Assembly (NCBI RefSeq): GCF_052425735.1
Contig: NC_135759.1
Coordinates: 38,812,001-38,876,000, forward strand
Length of the DNA: 64,000 bases
Reading direction: 5' to 3'
From: Oculina patagonica
Lineage: Eukaryota
This document shows, in pieces, positions 38,617 through 64,000 of this stretch. A program made the translations under genes and the position numbers. Every line of letters begins with the position of its first letter. The first letter of the stretch is position 1. The notes beneath the pieces were generated by a model. The model had not been told where the DNA came from, did not search any database, and saw only the letters and a program-made list of their open reading frames with translations.

Positions 38617-40597
38617 ATTGCTTCAGTGTTTGTGAAATTTCTCTACGCTTCTGCAATTAAATTGGTGTTCGGCTCCGCCACATTAAACTTTTACATCCTT
38701 TCTCAGTTTTCCTTCAAGGAAAAGCTACGATTTCAAAACCAACATCAAACCTAAAATTAACATTACGTCAGGTTCGGTTGTCAACTGACAAACTCTGCTT
38801 GCATTAATTCAACAATTTCAATGAAGCTATCACCGAGAAGAAACAACTATGAATAATTACTGCCAGAAAACGCAAACAATACTATCAGTTTCTATCTTCA
38901 CGGCGGACATTGAAACTTACTTCGATGGTTCTAGCTTGTTCTATTTAAAATGGCTATCAACAATTACGAAAGGAAAAGTCTTACGGCATGCTAAGAGCTT
39001 TAGAGAAATGTCAAATTTTCATTGGGTGCAATAGCCTCAATAAGTTTTTCATATTGTCTCGGGAAATACCGTGTACTTATTGCCTTCCTGTTGTATTTAA
39101 TCAGGTGTTTTCCTTGCATCTACCGAAATGTCAAACTGAGGCACGGTAGTTGTCAGTTTGGGAAATTTGCTTTTTCAACTGACTAAAGAAAACCCACTAA
39201 AATCATGAGCAAGGTAAAGGAAACCAGCGGGGAGATGAATTCATTTTTGGAACCGACTTCGTGCCACTTTTCACAGACCTTGTAAATTGAGGCAGGAAAA
39301 GGCTAATTTGTTCAGTACTTCGTGGGGGCATTAGTAGAAAACGTTCGGAAAATTTTGCGTAATTAAACTCAGTGTTCAAATGCGTCGTTTTAATTGTCAC
39401 CTGAGATTTAATAAATTTTTTTATGTTTGCCGGAATATGAAATCGTTTAGCGACAAAATGTCTTCATTAGCACGCGCTTAGTAATATGCTAGACCATGCT
39501 ACTATACATGTTAAGAGCGCAGTAATTGTCCAAGAAAAGGGAGAAACTAAAAAAAGATGGAATTTAAAACTCTTGTAGAAAACTTGTGTTATATGCAAAG
39601 GTTGAGGTTATTATTAAAACGCAAAAATAAAAAAATATATGAGCCTTAAAAAGGTTCCCGAGATAGGGAAAAACAAGATTAATAGCTTAGAAAATTGACA
39701 CTGAGTTGATGAAAAATAATTTATGTGTTTGCACAAGAGAGTTGAAACTATAAACACAATTTTAAGAACAAATTAAAAAATGCCAAATCGAAAATAGTGC
39801 TCAAGATCATTTTAAATTAATAACAAGGGTAAATGCCATTTTTTCGAAATGTGTTGTTCGTGATGTAGCACCTTTAACTATTTCACATCATCGTCTCATG
39901 GATCTGAGGATAATTAAAAAAATTTGATCGAATCTTTCATCCGATTTCTTTTCCTAATCTTAAGGTAGCTAGCTGTCATCACGATATTAGAAGTAGCCTT
40001 CGATGAAATATGACCCTTTTTCCAGCGGCCATATTTCTGAAGATTATAAAAAAAGGCCATAGCGGGAGATAATTGCTTATTTTGTAGAAAACAGTTTTTG
40101 AAGGTTTCTTTTTTTTTCATCATTGCCTTGATGTTTGACAAATCTAACAGAACTTTACACTGGGTAGCTGTTTGTTACGTAGTCACAGCCATAGCTGGAA
40201 CCTTAATTGTTAATCGTTTCAGTGTATGTATAAAGGAATAAAGACAAATGTTAAATCTTGATGAGACTCTGTGACATGTCCCGTTAGAACAGCCGAAACG
40301 TCAACGCACTGACATTTTTTAGCTTCAATAGGCCATTTTCGAGTTACCCTTTGCCTCTGTTGCAAAAACGATTCTACGTACGAAACCATTCAAATGATAA
40401 CTGCATGTCGAAGTTTCCTTCGAGCCACCTCATGGTATCTGTTTATTATTCTATGAACCTTTGCCTCTTTTCCAAGTAAGAACAAGAAACTTAATCAGTT
40501 TTGTAACCGTGCGGTTAATGTTTGACCACCTCTTTTAGTTCTTTGGCTAGAGAGGCACGGCACCGCACAGTAAATCAAAGTGGCTACGAGCCACTAA

Positions 40598-40961
40598 ACT
40601 CGGAAAATAAATTAGGAAACAAAGAGGAAACTTTTACAAAGATTTGCCACACTGCAGTTAAATCCACTCTCGACACATAACATCCAAAACATTTGAGGTT
40701 TTTAAAAATTGTTGATGAGAGCACTCGGAAAATAAATAAGGAGACAAAGAGGAAACTTTTACAAAGATTTGCCACACTGCAGTTAAATCCACTCTCGACA
40801 CATAACACCCAAAACATTTGAGGTTTTTAAAAATTGTTGATGAGAGCACTCGGAAAATAAATAAGGAGACAAAGAGGAAACTTTTACAAAGATTTGCCAC
40901 ACTGCAGTTAAATCCACTCTCGATCTCGACACATAACACCCAAAACATTTGAGGTTTTTAA
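40598..40961. repeat. 125-bp tandem repeat, about 2.9 copies
   Basis: ACTCGGAAAATAAA units start at 40598, 40723 and 40848 and are near-identical. Confidence 0.9.
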
Positions 40962-43493
40962 AGGTAAAAGCCTGTTCCGGCAAGTTTGTGGCCAAATATG
41001 GAACTTTTTTTTATTATAACGAACACAGAAATGCTTTGTTATCACTTTCGCTTTAATCCCGTTCCGAGAATGAATATAATTTATCACGCGCAATGCGTGA
41101 CGTGTCAAATGTCACGTTGAATTGTTTGGTCGTCTGAGACGCAGCAAGTTGCATTCGGGCAACAAGTTTTTAGGAAAATTAAAGGCCCGGTTGCCCGAGA
41201 AAAAACTGCCGGACAATCCAGGAGAAAATTGAAGTGTAAGAAATTAATTTTATAAATTTGAGAAACGAAAAAAACCTCCAAATAGCCCTCTTCTGATCGA
41301 TGAATTGAAATCCACGACACTAAATCCATTTTCGTGTTGTCTTATAACCCAGACCTTTAATTACGCATGCAAATTTGTATGCCTTCGAAATTTTCGATAT
41401 CTGGAAGCTTTGGAATGCATTTCTTGCTTCTTCTTGAATGAAATTAAATTCTAAGAAAAGTTTAATTCAAGTTTCTTTCATATTTCAATCTTAAGTTCGG
41501 GAATATTGACTTTTTTAAGTGAAGAGATTTACGCATCTGTCTGGGAATTATTTGTTTATTTATAGCTGCCCGAGAAAAAACCGCCGGACAATCCAGGAAA
41601 AAATTGAAGTGTAGGACATTAATTTCATAAATTTGAGAAACTAAAAAACCTCCAAATAGCCCTCTTCTGATCGATGAAATCCACGACACCAAATCTGTTT
41701 GTGACATTTTTCGAACAGCTTCCGAGCGAATTACGAAATATCAAAAGCGCATTTAAACTTAATTTAAAAATCATAAGCTTACGTCCTGTGAGTTTTTTAC
41801 AAACTTCAAAATCCAATATAGTAGAAGGTGGGTGGCTTACTTTTTTGGCCCAGACCATGAAGCGTTCATTCCGAATAGTTCGTGTAGTGCAGACTGTAGT
41901 GCATTCTTGCTCCGCCTGATCGATACCTCGTCGTCCAAACACATCTTGATGGCCGTGATAAATACATCGCCACTTTTAAGACTTTAAAACCCATTTGTTC
42001 ACTTGAGCATTCTTGAGCACATTTTCTGATCGTTTGTGAGGTCTTCAAAAGTGTATTTTGAACAAAGGTGTAGCGAAAGGAACAAAATTTTAGCGTCGGA
42101 CTCCACACGACAGACGCCATTTCAGCTCCTGTTGTAAACATGTACTGCCGCCTTTGTTCCAACCCTCTCCCCCACATATATCAACAAGAGACAATGGCCC
42201 GACTTTGTGGACAAATCAAAACCTAGCAGGGGAGACAGGGGTAAACATGTTTAATTCACTTTTAATGCGGATTTAATGCATAACATTAATTGTTTAACGG
42301 GAATGGAGTGACATCCAAACCCCCACTATACCTCATGATACCATGAGGTAAAAATGAGTTTGATTTGCAGGAAAATGGACCTGTATGTGGAACTTAATTT
42401 CATGTGAATGGTTTTGCACGTAGACTCATTTTGAAACAGTGGCATAACTCGGAAATGGCCTGAAGTTCGATTTTTTCCGATAGTTTTCAATCCAAAAGCG
42501 GGCGAAGCTGTTCCCGGTAGTTCCTGTGGCTTGATGTATTTGCAAAAAAATGTATTAGAAAAGACAGCTCTCACTTGCACAACAAACTGCAGGCAAGCCT
42601 TTAAACGAGGTGGTTTTGCCGCTCTCTTGTTGAAGTGTGATCGGAGTTGCAAAGCAAAAAAAAAAAACGCAACGGAAAGACTACCTTACGTTTTACAAAG
42701 AACTGCGAGAGACCATTCTATTTGATACTATTGTTAGCGGATACTAGGCTTAGCGATTTTTTCTGAGCAAGATTAAGCGACTTTAAAATTTAGCGATTTT
42801 CTGAAAGTTAAAAAAAAGAGCAATATCGTGTTAACCAGTTTTTCATGAACCGACAGCTAAGACGGAAATATCATTTTCAGAAAGAATAAATTTAAATGAA
42901 AATGTCAGAAAATGGGTCCTCGTCAGGGAAATCAGTCTTGGCCTCCACACGATAGCGGCGATCTCGGCTCTTCCCCAACTCTTCTTAATTGTTTTCCGGC
43001 CTTCTGACGTTGTCATATTGTTGTACAGGGCCACTATATATAATTTTATTTTCCTAAGACCGTCTAAGACATTAACAATTACCTCACTGACTTTGAAGTA
43101 ATCGTGAATTAAGCTAAGTATTTTTGAAAATTAGGCTTGTGGCTAAGTTTGTATAAATTTGCACCTCTGCTGGCATGATATAAGCCTATCCTGTTTGACA
43201 TTGGTCCATGTAAAGCTTAAGATACCCCATTTAAGACAAAGGGGGGGAATATATACCCTGTTTAAGACAAAAAAGCCTGAAAACCTTACCCTATCGGACC
43301 GCACGTCCTCATCAAGCCCTTATAAGGGAGTGCCCCCCGGGTTTTCACCCAACTCGCAAAATTGCTAAAGTTAGTAGCCACTAATTACGAATCACAAGCA
43401 TATTTTTCTTCAAATCATGTATTTCTGTGAGCTCGACTTGTAAGTAAGTCTAGGCATTTACCTTTCAATAACCCAGTAGGTTATTGAGTCGCA

Positions 43494-45415
43494 CGACACC
43501 ACGGTGTTTGTAAACGATCAAGTCTCAGTGATCAATCTACTCAAACTGCTACGTGAATTTAAACATACCTCCGGTCTAGAAATCAATACAAGCAAAACAG
43601 AGGCAATGTGGCTAGGCGCCTGGAGAAACAAAACGGATACACCATACAACTTCAGATGGCCCCAAGAACCGATCCGAGCCCTCGGTGTTTTCTTTTCCTA
43701 CAATGCCGATGAAGCAAATAATTTGAATTTTGGAGAGAAAATCCGCAATTTAGAAAAAACATTCAATGGATGGAAAAGAAGGAAACTTACTCTGCATGGT
43801 AGGATAAAAATAGTTAAGACTCTAGGTTTATCGAAGCTGATATACAACACCTCTGTGTTAGAAATTCCTGAGTTTTAATTAACATTCAATTTTATATGGC
43901 AAGGAAAACCAGCAAAAATAAAAAGAAAGACCATTATTAGTAGCATAAAGCAAGGAGGTCTAAAGATGATGGATTTTGAACTCATGGACAAAGCTCTCAA
44001 AATTGCTTGGATCAAGCGAATTACTGAAAACGTCGATGCAGCCTGGAAGGTAATCCCAGAATTCGCAGCTGCGCACTATGGCGGTCTCTCCTTTTTAACA
44101 GAATGTCAATACGACATCAAGTACCTACGCCTAGACAACCTACCACCATTTTACCACACTCTTCTCAAATATTGGCAAGAATATAACACCGACAAATTCT
44201 CAGACGAATCCCTCATTCAAAATAAAATTACCTGGAATAATAGCTGCATCCTAGTTAATGGTCGACCGATATTTAACAAAACCATGTTCAAAGCTCAGAT
44301 CATTCGAGTTAAACACTTTCTTAAAGAAAATCAAAATTTTCTCTCACTGGACGAACTCTCGCGCAAGTTCAACATTAACATTCCTTTCACAGTTTACTAT
44401 GGCATCATCTCGGCTATTCCAACCAAATGGAAGAAGTTATTAAGAAATGAATTCAATTTACCGCAAACTGTAATCCCCTCTCAGGACCTCCCGTCAACCC
44501 GAACCGCCTACTCTGCTCTTCTAATCAACCAAGTGAATCCACCAACATCAGAAATCAGAATTTTAAATTACGGCTTCACCAAAGAAAATATCCACAAAGT
44601 GTACACTCTACCATTTGCGATAACCAAAGATTCTAAATTAATTGCATTTCAGTATAATGTTATTCACCATATATTACCAACTAAGTCAAGCCTCTTTCGA
44701 GCCGGAATTACTGAAAGTGCTGCATGCAATTTCTGCAAAACTGAAAAACAAACTATAAACCACTTGCTCTTCCACTGTTCTGAAACTAAAGCTTTCTGGG
44801 AAAAATTCACCAACTGGTGGTTTTTAAAATTTACACAGCTCATTTCTTTAACAGAAAGCACCGTCCTACTGACGGATTACATGACAATATTCAAAACAAG
44901 CAGGCACTTAATGTCACTCTCCTTATTGCAAAGTACCACATCTTCTCAACAAGCTCATGCGACGGCAAACTATGTTTTGAAAGCTTTCTCCTCCGCCTTC
45001 AGAACCATATACAAATATTAAAACAAAGTTTCACAGCCAATAACAAACTGCAAATATTTTTGTCTTTATGGGGTAAAATTCTGTAATTTATCTTTGCTCC
45101 TTCTCTCTTTTTTTTTCTGGACAATTATATTCAATCTTAGATGTAAGTTCACTTTTGCTATCGTTATCGTAAACGTTCTTCGAAAAAATGTAACTGTTGT
45201 AAACATCAATGTATAAGTAATCTAAGCACCATATTGTAAGCAGAGCATTGTTAAGTAGAGTAATGTAAGTAGCGCCCTTGTGTAAGCATTATAATGTAAG
45301 TGATGTAGTTAAGTAATGTAAGTAATGGTTGTAAGTAGTGCTTCTTACCGTAATGTAATGTAATGTTATGTAATGTAACTTGTTTTGTGTCTTGCAATTA
45401 AAAAAAAAAAAAAAA
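43494..45415 (+). mobile_element. 5'-truncated L1/Tx1-clade LINE (RT C-terminus and zinc finger), inactivated
   Basis: 16-bp TSD AGGTTATTGAGTCGCA at 43478-43493 and 45416-45431; poly(A) tail. Begins in (YAD)DTTVF, then SGLEINTSKT, WKRRKLTLHGRI, KQGGL and CNFC...ETINHLLFHC-like TINHLLFHC. Stop at 43876 and a frameshift near 44870. TGTAA-rich 3' UTR. Confidence 0.92.
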
Positions 45416-45959
45416 AGGTTATTGAGTCGCAAGACTTTATCCCTTAGGCGAGCTTACATGCACTGTGCGCATGATCAATCTTTGGCTTCATGATTCGTGT
45501 CTTTTGTCAATTTCTCGCGGGACCTTAATTTCGCGAAAATGGAGCGGGCATATTTCGCGGGACTTAATTTTCGCGATTTGGCCAAAAAAAATACGATTAA
45601 AGGAACTAAATTTCGCGAAAATTGTCAAAATACTGGTCTGCAATAACAAACAGAAAGTCTTGAAATTGACACAACTGATTTTAATTTTCCACAGCAATTG
45701 TTTTTAATGACAATAAACAAAACCATATAAAAAAAAAAAAAACATAAAAAATGGGTGGCCTATTCCTGTGTTACAAAGTAGAGCTTATTGACAACCGGTA
45801 CCAAGATAATTATGAAGTAAACTGACGGCAACGTTGATAAGTCATAACAAACTATATATAAGGGTATTAAATTTCGCGTCGCTATTTTTCGCGAGAACCT
45901 TTTTTCGCGGTTCTTTAATTTCGCGATTTTTTGAAAATCGCGAAAATCGCGAAAATTAA

Positions 45960-47040
45960 GGGACGGACCATTAGAAAAGTGATAGGGGGGTGGGGAATTT
46001 TCGGCTTGCACGAATTTTTTTTCTGTCCATTTCTTGTGCAGGAATTTTTTTTCGGGTGAAACCCTCTTCTCGAATTTTTTTTTAGAGAAATGTTTTTTTT
46101 TTAGAAAATGCCATGTATTGTTACTTTATACCATGTTTTAAAAATGCTGTTGTTCATTGATTTCATCCGTTAGGGACTGTCAATAACTACTGAGAGGGGG
46201 GAGGGGGGTCAAGGAGCGGTGCAATTAGAAAAGTGGAGTCTGAAAAATATGTGACCCACCCCTTCCTTCTAGCTCAAAATTGACTGACCAAGCCCTGATC
46301 GAGGATTGGAAATTACATGATTCACCCCTTTCTACAAAAAATAGTTAATAAGGAAAAAGTATTTTTGATTGTCTGTAATGGATTAGAGGTTTTTGAATTG
46401 GTATCAGCTTTTAAAGTGCGATCCCAATCATACATCACCCTGTGTCCCTAATGGACACTGTAATTCTATGTACATATTTTTTTTAGCACACCAAAGCAAG
46501 ATGAATTTCTCACTTCGTATAACAGATTTGTGTTTTTCACATATTTCTGTGTAAAGTCCGTGGGAAAACTTAGACACGAACATATGCAAAAACTAAAACA
46601 AAACGTAATAGAAATTCATAACTAATTACTGCAGAAATCATATTTGACAGGAACTGACAACTGAAACTAAAACCACTGCATTCATGTTTGAGAAATGAGT
46701 TAACTAGTAAGCAATCTGCGCAGGCTGGAGAGAGACGATTTAAGGAAATGTTATGATCACAATGTATCAAGGGGAGTCTGGGGGCATGCTCCCCCACAAA
46801 ATTTTGAAATTTCTATGCTCGGAAATGCACCATATATTTCGTCGAATAATTGATCTCATCAAGTGTTAAATGATGACAGGTATTTTCAGAGCTTAATAGG
46901 ACCTTTCCTTCTGCACGATTTTTTTTCTTTGCCTTCCCCTTTGCACGATTTTTTTTCTTACCATTTTGGCTTGCATGAATTTTTTTTGTTTTTTTCCTCA
47001 CCCCCCCCCCCCCCCCATCACTTTTCTAATGGTCCGTCCC
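45960..47040. mobile_element. PIF/Harbinger MITE nested in an older TTCGCG-rich element
   Basis: TIR GGGACGGACCATTAGAAAAGTGAT; TAA TSD at 45957-45959 and 47041-47043. Confidence 0.85.
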
Positions 47041-47077
47041 TAAGTCCCGCGAAAATAAGTAACAATAAGGTATATTA

Positions 47078-47177
47078 GAGTGATAAATGATCGTAATTGG
47101 AAATTCACTGCAACGATCATTTATCACTCTCATATACATCCGCAGTTCATATATGAATCATTTCATATACATTACAT
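47078..47177 (+). mobile_element. Short 3' fragment of the tRNA-derived element with an inverted 5' piece
   Basis: 14-bp TSD AATAAGGTATATTA at 47064-47077 and 47178-47191. The first 17 nt are the reverse complement of internal ACGATCATTTATCACTC. Same family as 62877-63257. Confidence 0.75.
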
Positions 47178-47452
47178 AATAAGGTATATTACCGTAAGCT
47201 GATTTTTTAGTATGTTATTTATTTTCGTTTTCACGAACGTTTAACCAGAATCACGAATCACGGTCCTCAAAATAAGCAAATCACGCGCGATTTTTTTTTT
47301 GCTCAAATCACGAGTCACGCATTATCCTGCGATTAACGCTTGATCGCAGATCAGTCACGCATTTAGTCACGCTAAAAAGCGGAGATGCTCTGGTGACGAG
47401 GTCACGATCACGAGACTAGGAAGTAGATAGCGTTCATTTGGGGTTGTTCGTC

Positions 47453-63636
<16,184 letters not shown>

Positions 63637-64000
63637 GTAGGTGGTTTACGCTATTCCTTCTGTCAAACATTTTTGGACTCTGTCCCTCTGCATTTGGATT
63701 GGAGCAAATGAAAACGAAAAGAGCACTGGGTGTATTTTCAGATATGGCCGTCGATTAATTTCATCGATGCTTATATATAGAGTTATGACGAAGAAATACA
63801 TATTAATTGTTTCTTTTTGCTCTTTAAATTCTCCAAGTGACATGAAAAATAAAGGATAGTTTTGTATATCAAAACGATTCATACGTGGGATAACGCAAAT
63901 TCTAGCCCATGAAAAGCTGAAGTAACACGACTTAGGTAAGAATCTACCCTCTGCTGTCGATAACGTCGACAAACGCGACGGCGTGACAAGCGCTATGTCA

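Noticed and set aside
40598-40961. CRISPR-like array (also 17138-17350 and 56609-56845)
   Set aside because: These are tandem units without unique spacers, with no cas genes, in a eukaryotic locus.

Overview
This is AT-rich, intron-rich animal genomic DNA. A stony coral or other anthozoan is inferred from the gene families and repeat landscape. Four spliced host genes can be built by hand with consistent GT-AG phases: the 5' half of ADAM10/Kuzbanian (minus strand, runs off the left edge), a Ly6/uPAR three-finger protein (minus), a secreted PAN/apple plus fibrinogen-like (USOMP5-like) protein (minus), and the first 12 exons of a GH31 lysosomal alpha-glucosidase, GAA (plus, runs off the right edge). 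Introns and intergenic space hold many, often nested, transposons: a 6.0-kb two-gene PIF/Harbinger whose transposase is frameshifted by an apparent TA-CG-TA excision footprint, a 5'-truncated L1/Tx1 LINE, Kolobok, hAT/hAT5, pogo, AcademH-like and Harbinger MITEs, and Penelope-type palindromic elements. The standout is an intact-looking 3,377-bp Merlin (IS1595/ISXO2) DNA transposon in GAA intron 6 that is built like a replication-dependent histone gene pair. It has two divergent intronless ORFs (the transposase and a CCDC106-like Zn-knuckle/coiled-coil protein) and a symmetric 247-bp promoter with GATCC-TATA-cap motifs on both strands, three CCAAT boxes and a near-octamer. An identical histone-type 3' stem-loop lies 25-27 nt after each stop codon. 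This suggests a transposon that uses the S-phase SLBP/U7 histone mRNA programme. All family assignments are by eye and from recalled motifs; no searches were run.
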